Origin: Blastocladiella emersonii ATCC 22665
Lineage: Eukaryota; Fungi; Blastocladiomycota
DNA length: 64,000 bases
Assembly: GCA_025594325.1 (NCBI GenBank)
Contig: JANHCV010000012.1
Location: forward strand, 682,001 to 746,000
Direction: 5' to 3'
Positions 12,841-23,679 of this stretch are shown piece by piece. The position numbers and the translations under genes are program-made. Below the pieces are notes generated by a model, which was not told the origin of the DNA, made no database searches, and saw nothing but the letters and a program-made list of their open reading frames with translations. How positions within the stretch are numbered: the first letter of the stretch is position 1; every line of letters starts with the position of its first letter.

Positions 12841-14646
12841 TCACTCGCCCGCCCGCATCCGGAGCAGCGCGACGCCCTCCTCGCTGCCCTCGGTCACCCA
12901 CCCACTCTCGTCCGTTTCGGACACGGGCAGCGACGCCGGGAGCGACACGCTCGCCTCGTCCTCCCACCCGCTCTCGTCATCTTCCGAGACGGGCAGCGAC
13001 GCGGGGAGCGGGACCTGCACCGCCTCCTCGGCGTCGTCCGAGGGGACGAGTTGTGGCGGCGACGGGAGCGGGAGCGGGATCGGGATCGGGGGAAGGTGCA
13101 GGATCGCGGGCGCGGACGACGCGGCGGCCGTCGACTGCGACGCGGGCGGCGCCGACGACGGGCGCGCGGGGGCGGGCGTCGGGGTCGCGGCGGGGGTCGC
13201 GTCGGCGATGCCGGGCGGACGCGGGTGCGGGTGGTGGAAGGCCGGGTGCGCGGCGCCCGACGACGAAGACGAGGCCGAGGCCGATTCGGCGGCGGCCGCG
13301 GCGGCGAGCTGCAGCTGCTGCTGGTACCGGCGCGCGGGGTGGTCGCGCGGGAGCGAGACGCCGCCGTTCCCCGGCGTGCGCTGGATGAGCGGCGTGGTAT
13401 CGCTATCGTCGTCGTCATCCGCGTCCGCCGCCGCGTCGGCGTGCACGAGCACGTCGCCCATCTCGAGATCCTCGTCTTCTTCCTCGACGAGCTCGAAGCG
13501 GCAGATCGGGCACACGTTCTTGCGGTCGCGCAGCCACGTCTCGATGCACGCGCAGTGGAACCGGTGGGTGCACGGCAGCTCGTGCATCTCGTCCTCGTCG
13601 ACAAACTCGTCGAGGCAGATGACGCACATGGTCGCGTCGTTCTCGTGGCACTTGGCCGCGTAGAAGGTGCGCACTGGCAGACTGGCGAGGACGCGCGGCG
13701 ACGTCGCGGGCGGCGGCGGGCCCGACGGCCCCCCATTCCCGCCCCCGCTCGTCGCGCTCAGCACGCACGCGCGGCACAGGGCGTACACGCCGACGAGCAG
13801 GATCAGCGGCGCGACCACGGCGGCCAGGATCACGTCGACCACGGTCCACGCGTCGTCGTCGGCGCCGTCGCCGACGAGCCACGCCCATTCCGTGACGGCG
13901 GCGGAAGTGAGCGCCGTGTAGTCGGCGAACCCGATAAAGACGGCGGGCACCGTCACGTCCGACGTGTCGCCGCCCGCGTACATGGTCACGAGCCCCGCGC
14001 CCGGCCCCGTGTCCTCGTCGCCGACCACGACGCCCGACGCGCCCGAACGCTGCATCGCGCGCACCTTGTCGACGAACGCGCACCCGCCGCGCTGGACGAC
14101 CGCGATCCACGGTGGCGACGCGGGGTCCGTGTTGTTGGCGGCAGTGGGAGGAACCGGCACCTTCCACCCGCCGGGCAGCGGCACACACCCGTGGTGGTTC
14201 CCGCGGTCGACGTTGCCGACGGGGACCAGCCAGCCGCCGAGCATCTCCTCCGGTTCGGGCTCGGGCTCGGGCTCATCAATCGGTAACGGTCCCTCCCCCG
14301 TCTCGTCATCACCGTCACTATCCCCGCCAAAGATCGGGTCCTGCAACGGCGGCGACGCGGGGCGCGGCGGCGGCGGCGGGCGCGGGCCGAACGCGGCGCC
14401 GCGCGCGGGAATCGACCGGTTCGTCGGGCCCACCCACAGCTCCGCGTCGGGGACCGGGCCGACCGGCGCAATCACCTGCGACGCGCCACCGCCGCCGCCC
14501 GCGGAGGCGGGGGAGGGGAGCGCGAGGAGGAGGAGCGCGAGCGTCGCGATGGTGGCGGTGGCGGCGAGGAGGGGCGCGAGCGGACGGCGGGGGCGGGGGT
14601 GCCGGGATGGCCTTCTTGCCGGTGGTGGTGGTGGTGGCGCGAGCAT
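12841..14646 (-). CDS. PA-TM-RING-H2 E3 ubiquitin ligase (RNF13/RMR-like), about 601 aa
   Basis: Hydrophobic signal segment, PA domain (WIAVVQRGGCAFVDKVRAMQRSGASGVVVGD), TM helix and RING-H2 (CVIC...LPCTHRFHCACIETW...CPIC). Start placed at ATG 14646. Confidence 0.88.
   Translation of the reverse strand: MLAPPPPPPARRPSRHPRPRRPLAPLLAATATIATLALLLLALPSPASAGGGGGASQVIAPVGPVPDAELWVGPTNRSIPARGAAFGPRPPPPPRPASPPLQDPIFGGDSDGDDETGEGPLPIDEPEPEPEPEEMLGGWLVPVGNVDRGNHHGCVPLPGGWKVPVPPTAANNTDPASPPWIAVVQRGGCAFVDKVRAMQRSGASGVVVGDEDTGPGAGLVTMYAGGDTSDVTVPAVFIGFADYTALTSAAVTEWAWLVGDGADDDAWTVVDVILAAVVAPLILLVGVYALCRACVLSATSGGGNGGPSGPPPPATSPRVLASLPVRTFYAAKCHENDATMCVICLDEFVDEDEMHELPCTHRFHCACIETWLRDRKNVCPICRFELVEEEDEDLEMGDVLVHADAAADADDDDDSDTTPLIQRTPGNGGVSLPRDHPARRYQQQLQLAAAAAAESASASSSSSGAAHPAFHHPHPRPPGIADATPAATPTPAPARPSSAPPASQSTAAASSAPAILHLPPIPIPLPLPSPPQLVPSDDAEEAVQVPLPASLPVSEDDESGWEDEASVSLPASLPVSETDESGWVTEGSEEGVALLRMRAGE
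12899..13013 (-). repeat. 66-bp (22-aa) tandem duplication in the RING ligase tail
   Basis: LPASLPVSEDDESGW and LPASLPVSETDESGW, period 66 nt. Confidence 0.85.
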
Positions 14647-15025
14647 GGCGACGTTCACGCTCGGTAGTAGGGGAGAGAGGTCAGGGACTACGCGGTGAAG
14701 GATGGGGAGGGTGAGCGATGGAACCGCCGCGCGTCTCGATGATGACGACGATGACGCACACGTTGAGGGCAGCAACGCGGTAGCGGGTTGAACAGGTTGC
14801 AGGATGTTGTTGATGCGTAGCGGTGCGTAGCGTCGTCGTCGGCGCCGGCTGTGTGAGAGCGCGGGCGCCGCCGCGGTGAAGCCAAACGAGAAACGGGCGG
14901 CCGGGAAGGCAAGCCTCGCGCGCGACCCGTGCGGCCCGCGGCCCTCTCGCGTCGACGGCGACGACGGCGACGCGTTGGGCTGTTGAGTCAGAAACGGTTC
15001 AGAGTGTATTGTGCCACCGTCAGAG

Positions 15026-16618
15026 TCACGGCTCGCGCATCGCCCTCGCCACGCGCTCCTGGATCGCCCGCACCAGCTGCTCCTGCCGCGGCCGCGCGCT
15101 CGACGCCGTACTGCTGCCGCTGCCGACCGACCACGAGGAGGATGACGTCGGCGCCGAGAGCGGCGCAAGCGCCACGCCGCGCGGGTTCTCGCGCCGCGAC
15201 AGGAACGGCGAGCTCGCCCACGCCCGCGCGTACGCGTGGTACCGCGCCACCGGGTCCGTCGCGGGGTTGCGCGGCGGGCGCAGGCCCATGCGCGCGTCTA
15301 CACGGGGAGCGGGTGCTGGGAGGTTAGCGGCGGGGCGAGTGGCGGTGGGGGGAAGGGACGTACAGGCGGCCGATGTGACTGATGGACTCGCGGACGCGGG
15401 CGGAAGACGCGACACGGAGCCGAGTCGCTGCGACGAGCTCGACCGCGAGAGCGATGGGCGGGTGGACTGTGGCGGCGGTGGTGGCGCGGCGGACCAGACC
15501 GAGTCGCCGTCGTGGTGGTGGTACGAGGGCTCGTCGTAGTGCTCGCTGCGGTCGTCGTCGCCGTGGTGGTGGTGGTGGTGCCAGTGCGAGCCCTCGTGGT
15601 GCCGCGAGTCCTCGTACCGCGAGTCCCACTCCTCGCGCTGCTCGTACTGCCGCTGCTGGTGATGGTCATGATGGTGCGACTGCTCGCCGCGCCGGTCCCA
15701 CTCCTCCTCCCCCTCGTGCTCCGTATACCGCGAGTCGGACCGCGCAACACTATGCGCCATCTCGCTCGCCTCCTCCTCGTCGCCACCGAGAAAGCTCGCA
15801 TTGAGCGCATCCACCAGCTCGTCCACGAGCTCCGACGCCAGCTCCTCGGGCCGGTACCCCATCTCGACCAGGTGCCGCTCCAGGTCGCGCCGCTCGAGCG
15901 GGGTCGCCGCCACTGACGACAGGTCGCCCATCTCGGTCACGCTGTAGTCGTCGTAGTCGGTCAACGCCGTCAGCGACGTGGTATCCGACGCGTCCGTCGC
16001 CGTCGTGAACGAGGACTCGGGAACAGAGACGTGCGCGACCTTGCGCCGCCGCTGCCTCCGCCGCCGCTCGGGTTCGGGTTGCCGGACGGGGGAGGGCGAC
16101 CGCGCCCGTGCCTGCACGTCGCGCAGCACGTCCTCGGCGTCGGCCAGGTCCGCGTTGCCGCTGAGCCACGACTCCTCGTCGCCGAGAATCGTGGACAGTT
16201 CGACCGCAGGCAGCCCGCGGAGCCGCTGCGTTGGCGGTGGCGAACCGGGTGACACCGACTCGTCATCGGTCAGCACCGTCAGGTTGGCCGGGTCGTTGAG
16301 GTCCTCGACCAGCGCCTCGACCACGTCGCGCGGCAGCGACGTGTACCCGAGCGCCGCCAGGTGCGCCTGCACCGCGTCCGCCGTCGCCACCGGGTACAGC
16401 GCCGGGAGACCGCCCGCAAGCTCCGACGGAGACGCCGACAGGATCGAGGCCAGGTCAAAACCGGGAGAGAGGGGCGGTGGTGAGGTCGGCGAGAGGGGCG
16501 GGTCGAGGAACGACACGCTCGCGCCCAGGGGTTTCGCGCGGCGCGTTGCGGCGGCGCTGCTGCCCGTGGCGGGGATGGGCGCGCCGTGGGGCATGCAAGA
16601 AGTCGTGGTCGCTGTCAT
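15026..16618 (-). CDS. HYLS1: HYLS1-like centriole/basal-body protein
   Basis: C-terminal RNPATDPVARYHAYARAW matches the HYLS1_C signature (K/R-x-DPV-x-R/K-Y-x-x-Y-x-x-x-W). There are two N-terminal HLxxLGY...helix boxes. Start placed at ATG 16618. Confidence 0.75.
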   Translation of the reverse strand: MTATTTSCMPHGAPIPATGSSAAATRRAKPLGASVSFLDPPLSPTSPPPLSPGFDLASILSASPSELAGGLPALYPVATADAVQAHLAALGYTSLPRDVVEALVEDLNDPANLTVLTDDESVSPGSPPPTQRLRGLPAVELSTILGDEESWLSGNADLADAEDVLRDVQARARSPSPVRQPEPERRRRQRRRKVAHVSVPESSFTTATDASDTTSLTALTDYDDYSVTEMGDLSSVAATPLERRDLERHLVEMGYRPEELASELVDELVDALNASFLGGDEEEASEMAHSVARSDSRYTEHEGEEEWDRRGEQSHHHDHHQQRQYEQREEWDSRYEDSRHHEGSHWHHHHHHGDDDRSEHYDEPSYHHHDGDSVWSAAPPPPPQSTRPSLSRSSSSQRLGSVSRLPPASASPSVTSAACTSLPPTATRPAANLPAPAPRVDARMGLRPPRNPATDPVARYHAYARAWASSPFLSRRENPRGVALAPLSAPTSSSSWSVGSGSSTASSARPRQEQLVRAIQERVARAMREP

Positions 16619-16788
16619 GGAGCGGGATTCATGGGTGTGTGCGTGTCTCAAGAGCGAGGCCAGTGATGATGACGGCGGCGGCGACAAGGGTGCGCCAGGA
16701 GACCTCCTCCGACCACGACGACGACGACGACGACGGCACCGCGCCGCATGCATCTTCGCACACCGTAACTCCCCGCAACGCCGCCACC

Positions 16789-17769
16789 ATGTCGCTGCGC
16801 GGCACCGCCGTCGGGCAGAACGCGCGGTTCACGGACAAGCAGGCCAAGCTGCTGCGCACGCTCAAGTTCCCGTCCGTGTACGCGACGCGCGTCGACCCGT
16901 CGCGCGTCAACCTCGACGTGATGCGCGAGTGGGTCGACGCGCGCCTCGTCGAGCTGCTCGGCATCGACGACGACATTGTCGCCCAGATGGTCTTCGAGTA
17001 CCTCGACTCCCCTGACCCCGACCCGCGCACCCTGCACATCAACCTCGTCGGGTTCCTCGAGGACAAGACCGCCGCCTTCATGAAGGACCTCTGGAAGAAA
17101 CTCGTCTCGGCCCAGAACTCCCCCGAGGGTATCCCCGCCGAGCTCATTGACGCCAAGATCAAGGCGCTCCACGACCAGGTCCACAGCGAGCAGGAGGCGC
17201 TCCGCCGCATCCAGCCCGCCCGCGAGTTCCGCACGACCGCGAACGAGTACCACAGTCTCCCGCCTCGCCCCGCATTCCCGCGGCGCCCAGCGGGCGACGA
17301 GCCGCCGTCGCCGCAGCAACGGTCCGAGCGGCCGCTGGAATCGCCGCCTCGCCGCCGCGAGCAGCCGCTGGAAGCATCCCCTCGCCGCCGCCGCGATCCT
17401 CGGCTGCGCTCCAGGTCGCCGCCGTCGCCCCCGCGCCGTGATACCAGGTCCCCGCCCACGCCGCCGCCGCTGCCGCGCCGCGGCCGGTCACCTTCGCGTT
17501 CACGGTCCCGCTCGCCAGCTGCTCGGCGGACCGAGTCGCGCCGCTCCCGTTCGCGGTCTCGCTCGCCCGCTGCCCGGCGGTCCGACGCGCGTCGTTCGCG
17601 CTCCCGGTCTCACTCGCCTTACCGGTCTTTGTCGCGCAACACTCGACGCGATCGCGGTGGTCGGTCCCGGTCGAGATCTCGGTCTCGCTCGCGCTCGCGG
17701 TCGCCGCGCCGTCGCCGCCGGACGTGGGACGACGAGGGCGATGGGCGCCGGGGTAGTAGTCGTCGTTAG
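16789..17769 (+). CDS. SRRM1: PWI-domain SR-related splicing coactivator (SRm160-like), 326 aa
   Basis: RGTAVGQNARFTDKQAKLLRTLKFP...VNLDVMREWV...LLGIDDDIV...INLVGFL is the SRRM1 PWI signature, followed by an RS/RP-rich tail. Confidence 0.88.
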   Translation: MSLRGTAVGQNARFTDKQAKLLRTLKFPSVYATRVDPSRVNLDVMREWVDARLVELLGIDDDIVAQMVFEYLDSPDPDPRTLHINLVGFLEDKTAAFMKDLWKKLVSAQNSPEGIPAELIDAKIKALHDQVHSEQEALRRIQPAREFRTTANEYHSLPPRPAFPRRPAGDEPPSPQQRSERPLESPPRRREQPLEASPRRRRDPRLRSRSPPSPPRRDTRSPPTPPPLPRRGRSPSRSRSRSPAARRTESRRSRSRSRSPAARRSDARRSRSRSHSPYRSLSRNTRRDRGGRSRSRSRSRSRSRSPRRRRRTWDDEGDGRRGSSRR

Positions 17770-17970
17770 CGGATTACCTAATACATATGGCAATTCGTTG
17801 ACTATGCGAGAAGATCTTGCTGTTGTGAGCAAAATAGCCTTGCTGTTGCATCGAGGTCGCGAAGTATTCGACGCGTGCTTCGAGCAAGTTCCCTTGCTTC
17901 GACCAGCGCGAGGTCGCCGCCACTCGCTCTCCCTCCACCACTCCCTTCCCGTCAGGCCATAGATCTGCGA

Positions 17971-19187
17971 ATGAAACAAATGAACTCTATGCAACGCGTC
18001 AGGCTCAGGATTCCCGAGATCATCAACCAAATCCTCGTTGAGGCCGTGAACTTGCACGGCCCCCGCGAACTTGGCGCCATGGTCGAGTACGCTCGCGTCA
18101 TGCCGGCTGCGCGGATCCCGGGAGTCGTGCCAGCGATCCGAGCAATCCTTGAGCGCGTTTTTGCCGATGAAGCAACCATCCTAGGCCGCGTGGACTTGCT
18201 TCGGTGTCGGAAGCACTTTGACATGTCGCTTGAGCACACTACGGCGGTTATGGCGTCCGCGATGAACTCTAGGCATTACCGCGTGCTTGAGTTTTGGTGC
18301 GACTTGGGGGTTCCGCTTTGTCTTCAAGGCGGGTCCGAGCTTAGTGCGTCGCTGAGGATCCTGTTGGGTGTCCCGCGGCCTCAGGGATCTGAACCGGTTT
18401 GGCGTTCCCATGCTTTCACTGAACCTTTCGGACGTCGTTCTCGGTGCATCCCTGCCCAGCAGGGATCCATCCCTTTGTGGTTGACCTCGCCTTGTTGGCC
18501 ATGACCCAGGATGCCAGCATTTTGTAGAGCTCGCGACCCACTTTGAGCGTTACTTGAACACAACGATGCCCTCATCCGTCGTGCCCGCCGCGCCTGTCGA
18601 GCTTGTCGCTTGTGTTTTCAACTGGCACCGACTCAAGTCGCCCGACGCTCAGCGGCAATGCTCGCGGGGACATGAAAGAGTATCAAGTCCATTCGGCTGA
18701 CCCTGTCTCTGATACTGGGACACCGTTTCTTCGCCTCCCTGCGCTCGAGATCCTGGTCTTGAACGACGGGCAGTACGCGTTGCCCACTCTCCAGCGCATC
18801 ACGCCGTACATTGTGCCCTCACTCCGCGAGCCCCACTTGCCTCACTGCCACATCGACGATGACGTCCCCGCGCTGGCTGCGGTGATGCCGCCGCAACTCG
18901 AGTTTCTCAAGCTGTTCGACAACAAGATTAAAGACCCTGGCGTCTTGTCACTTGCGCCCGCGCCTCCGCTGACGCTGAAAACGCTTCACATCCAGAATAA
19001 CCTGATCGACGAGGTCGGCGCCTACTTAATCCTTCAGACGCGTTTGCAGACCAAGATCACGGCGCTGCAGTTTTGGCTGCAGTCGCGAGTTCCGGAGGAT
19101 TCCTCAGCTCGATACATGTTCAAGGCTGTGCTTCCGAGCTGCAGGGATGAGGGAGAGGCTCCACGGTCCAGATCAGAGAGCGCATAA
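17971..19187 (+). pseudogene. LRR-family paralog 1 (N-module intact; exon 2 frameshifted, with stops and a large internal deletion)
   Basis: MKQMNSMQRVRLRIPEII N-module; VELVACVFNWHRLK is followed almost directly by FLRLPALEIL and the C-terminal LRRs. Confidence 0.75.
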
Positions 19188-19253
19188 AATCTAGGTATTT
19201 GCGCACAAGCGCTACGGAGTGATGTGGGGTGTTGTGGCATTCGAAAACTCGAG

Positions 19254-19311
19254 AAACGCGTCGCCGCGCGGTCAACTGTGCTGGGCTGTCAAACCTGTCA
19301 AACTGTCCCGC
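19254..19311 (+). promoter_or_regulatory. 58-bp conserved upstream module, copy A
   Basis: AAACGCGTC-N4-CGCGGTC-N9-GGGCTGTCA-N3-CTGTCAA-N-CTGTCCCGC, 60 nt before ATG 19371; aligns without gaps to copies B and C. Confidence 0.7.
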
Positions 19312-19370
19312 AGTTGATCGGAGGCGTCGATCGGAGGCGTCCAACGCTCGCGCTGCTCAACTGTACTCTC

Positions 19371-21188
19371 ATGCACATGATGAAGCGAATGAACTTGATG
19401 CAACGTGTCAAGCTCGCAATCCCAGAGCTGATCGAGCGGATTTTGGTGGAAGCCGTGGCGCGACATGAGCCTCGCGAACTTCGCGCGATGCTCGAGTACG
19501 CCCGTGTCATGCCGGCTGGGCAGATTCCGGGCGTCATGCTGGCGATCCGCAAGCAAGTTGAACAAGTTTCTGCCGCCGACGCGACCAAGGAAGGGCTCGT
19601 GGAAGTGCTCTGGTTCCGCAAACGCTTTGGCATGCCACTCGAGCCTCGCGAAGCGGCCTTGGCGCACGCTGCTCAGAAGCGGCACTACGGTGTACTCGAG
19701 TTCTGGCGCGACTCGGGGATCCTGCTTCACTTTCCTTCGCGATCTCACACCCATATCTGCGCATGGGCAAAGGTTCTCCTTGGGCTTCCGCGTGACCGAT
19801 TCACTCGCCCGGTGCGAAGATTCGAGTCGTCGCATGAGTTGAAAACCTTGACTGACGCTGTTCTCTAGGACCCTGTAACGGTACCACCTTCGGGCGATGA
19901 ACTTGCGCAGAACATCGCCCACGCTGCACGCACGCAAGGCGTCGAGTCCGTCTCCGTGGCGTGGTCACGACTTACCGAGGCCGGGATCGAGTACTTGAAC
20001 GAGGCAATGTCCATTTCGTTGCTGCCCGTCAAGTAAGTGGAACTTGTCGCTTGTGATCTCGACTGGACCCGCCTCAAGGCACTCAACTTCCCGCCCTCAG
20101 TCAGCTCGCTCACGCTTGCCCTCAACCGGCTTGACGATGGATGCTACCCGGTTTACGCCAAGTGGTTACCCGACTCGCTTTTGTTGCTTTCCCTCCAGTT
20201 CGAAAACTATCTGTCGCCAAGTCTCGCTGCACGGCTCACGATGCTTCCACGCTCGCTCGCCTGCTTGACCATTGAAGGTTGTCCGCTCACGCCAGACATT
20301 CTTCGACCACTGCTCAACAGCTTGCCGCCCTTGCTGACCAGATTATGCCTCAGACGGACCCAGCTTGGCGATGAAGGAATCACGCTTCTCGCTCAGCGTC
20401 TTCCTGCCGGACTCGTTCACCTCGACGTATCTTACAATGGCATGGGACGCGATGGAGCTCGGAATCTCGCGCGTTGTCTCCCAAAGACGCTGAGGTCGCT
20501 CGACATCCCAGGCAACATCCTTGGCCCGAGCGGATTCTTCGCCATCGTGCACCATCTCTCCTCGTCAATCGAACAGCTCAACGCGAGTCACTGCGAGATA
20601 GGCCTGCTTGGTGTCAGTGCGCTCCTGCACTGCGAGCTGCCAAAGCTCACGTATCTCAACCTGACTGCCTCGTGCCGTGGCGGCTACGACGCGCCCCATG
20701 TCGATCTAAATCAGCCAGCCAATGTTGTACAACTCGCCCTTGATCCGGCCACCTCGTTTCCTCGCCTTCCAGCGCTCGAACTATTGAGCTTACAATTCGT
20801 GGCCCCATCGGGGAACGCTCGACTATTTGTCCCGCTCATTGTGCCCAGTCTTCGTCATCTCGATTTCAGCCGGGCTGACGTCGATGAAGAAGTTATTGTT
20901 GCAATTGCCAAGGCGATGCCGCCCAAGCTCGAGGTGCTCAACCTCTCCCATAATTGGTTTACTGACGCTGGCGCATGCCGCCTTGTGCCCGCGCTCCCCC
21001 GGACGCTCAAGTCGCTTTACCTCGACAGCAACCTCTTTGGCGAGCTCGCTGCCTACGCGATCCTGCAGAGGTGCATTCGCATCGGCGTCACCAAGCTCGG
21101 GATGAAGGGCATGCGGAGAATTCCCGAAGACTCGGAATTCTGGTTCATGTTTGAGACCGTGTATGGCGATGGCAAGAAGGCTTGTTGA
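19371..21188 (+). pseudogene. LRR-family paralog 2; intron 19812-19868; single in-frame TAA at 20034-20036 (possibly removed by a novel intron)
   Basis: Exon 1 (147 codons) joins exon 2 in phase 0. One stop, then an uninterrupted 383-aa LRR ORF ending FWFMFETVYGDGKKAC. Confidence 0.75.
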
Positions 21189-21406
21189 GTGAATGATTTC
21201 GTAAGTGATACACAATTTCTTGATTCGTCACTCTTTAGGCATGGAGCGGTCAAGGTCGCCAACACTTGGACGAGCGCGACCCGGCTAGCTATCACTTGCC
21301 CAAATCTGGAGGGTGTACTCATGACGCCGGGCAAGTGCTCCTATACGAGGTCTGCACGTGGGTGCTCGAGACAGAGCGATTGGGAGAGACCACCTTCGTG
21401 CGCAGA

Positions 21407-21464
21407 AAACGCGTCCCGACGCGGTCGGCTGATTCGGGCTGCCAAAGCTGTCAACCTGTCCCGC
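21407..21464 (+). promoter_or_regulatory. 58-bp conserved upstream module, copy B
   Basis: Same ungapped motif, 75 nt before ATG 21539. Confidence 0.7.
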
Positions 21465-21538
21465 GATCAGCCAGAGACGTCGCGACGGCGGGCGCTCAAC
21501 CACCGACCCACTTGAACAATGCAACCCACACAAACGCC

Positions 21539-23319
21539 ATGGAACCAATGAACTCTATGCAACGCACTAAACTTGCTATACCGGAGCTGCTGAACCAAAT
21601 TCTGGTCGAAGCGGTGAATTTACACCCCGCGCGAGAGGCTGGCGCCATGCTCGAGTACGCTCGCATTATGCCGCGCGAGTACATTCCGGATGTCATCCCG
21701 GCCATCCGAAAAAAGGTCGCTCGTGTATCGGTTGACGCCGCGACCGAGCACGGCTACCTAGCCGTCCTTCGGTGCCGCCGTCTTTGCGGGCTATCGCTTG
21801 AACACTCGGCCGACGCGCTTAAACGGGCTTCGGACAACCGAAACTATCGCTCTCTCAAGTGGTGGCGGGATTCTGGGCTCCCGCTTCAGCACGGCCTTGT
21901 CACTGCTCTCTGGGCCCGCGTCCTGCTTGGCGTTCCGCCGCTTGGCGACTCAGGCTTGGTGCGATTGACGTCGTCGTCTCCGAAGTTGACGGAACTAGAT
22001 TAACACCCTCCATTCACATATTTTAGGGGTCTGCGGATGCGGCAGCGCTGCCAGGTAATCGCGTGGCGACCGGCGACGCCACCGCCGGGTACCTTGTCCG
22101 CTTGGCGAAGCCTCAGGGCCTCGAGTCCGTTTGCTTGCAATTTCAACGATTGTCGAAGACGGGGATTCAAACTCTGAACCGCCTCATGACCTTGTCGGTG
22201 CTTCCCATTACCGCTGTGGATCTGGTCGCATGCGACCTAAACTGGAAGCGGTTCCAGGCGATCAAGTTCCCCCCGACCTTGCGCTCGCTCCGAGTCGGCC
22301 ACAATCGCATCCATGATGGCTGCGACCGCACAGCGGCACACTGGTTGCCTGCCGTTCTCACGTCGCTGCATATCTTTGCGGAAAACCTCAGGGCTTCGTT
22401 TTATGATGGGAAGTTCCAGTTTCTCCCTCAAGCGATGACTTCGTTGACTATCGAAGATTGCGACATGCGATCCAAAGCGATCAAACTGATGGCTCATGTC
22501 CTGCCGCAGACTCTCACCAAGCTTCACCTTGTCAGAATCGCGCTCGGGGACTTGGGCGTTATTGCCCTTGCTCGCCACCTGCCTGTCGGGCTTCTCGATC
22601 TGAACCTTTCAGGGAACTACTTTGGTCGCAATGGAGCCGGGGCACTCGCACTATTCCTCCCTCCAAACCTGAAATCTCTTGACGTTTCCCACAATATCTG
22701 CCTTGAGTCGGGCGGACTCATTGCGCTTGTCCAACACCTGCCCGCCTCAATCAAGTACCTCAACGCGGACAAGTCTGCCATCACACTTGTCAGCGCCCTG
22801 GCCATCTACTACCGCAAGCTGCCCAGACTCAAGACGCTCAAGTGCAGCGATCGAGTTTATATTAACGACCCGATTGACAGCAACGGTCAATTCTACAACA
22901 ACCGATTCCACTTTTCGTTTGATCCTGACACGATTCACCTTCGGTTTCACCAATCCGAGCTGGCTTGCTACGGTGGATCGCTTCACCTTCATCCCTTTGA
23001 CTTGGTTCAGCAAGCGCTTGTTCCAACGGTCCGTAACCTGTTTCTGAGTTCTTGCTTTATCGACGACGGAGCAGTTGATGTCCTTGTCAACCAGATGCCG
23101 CCCCGCCTCGAAAAACTTGATATCGCCAATAACTACATCACGGACGACGGTGCGGAGAGGCTCGCTGCTGCCCTCCCTGTTACCCTCCGCCTCCTTAGCT
23201 TTGACGGCAGTCTGATGGGCGAACGCGGCGAAAACGCACTCACCCAGGCTTTTGAGCGCATACAGTGGGAACGCAAAGCTAACCGCAAAGCAAACAAACA
23301 AGTTTCTTACGGAGTTTGA
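21539..23319 (+). CDS. LRR-family paralog 3, intact, about 570 aa (F-box/ankyrin-like N-module + RNI-like LRRs); intron 21959-22026
   Basis: 140-codon exon 1 joins the 22063-23319 ORF in phase 0. Repeats of the type LPxxLxxLxLxxNxxGxxGxxxLAxxLP. Confidence 0.8.
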
Positions 23320-23679
23320 CTTGGCCGCCGCCAGAGCATCGCATCAAGTGGGCGTTGAGTCTGGGCGCGTGTGAGCGTTGTGATCGTCTATGAAATATAT
23401 GTGTTTGATTGACGTGTTGCCACAATATTCTTCGCGAGAAAGAAATCCTTCCCGTGCATCGTGATCCGCGCAGGGGCCTTCTTGTAGCAAACGCGTCATT
23501 GCGCTGTTGAGTGACGAAGGACAACGCGAGGAGGCCACGGTACAGCTTGTCAGGGACGTGTACAGCTATTCAGGGATCTCTACTCCTTCCTTCGGTACCC
23601 TCACCCAGAGCGGGGTGAGAGGAGAATGTATTGTAGAGCAGGGTGTGCCGCTGCGGGGGTGCAGCGGCGCGGGAGCGAG

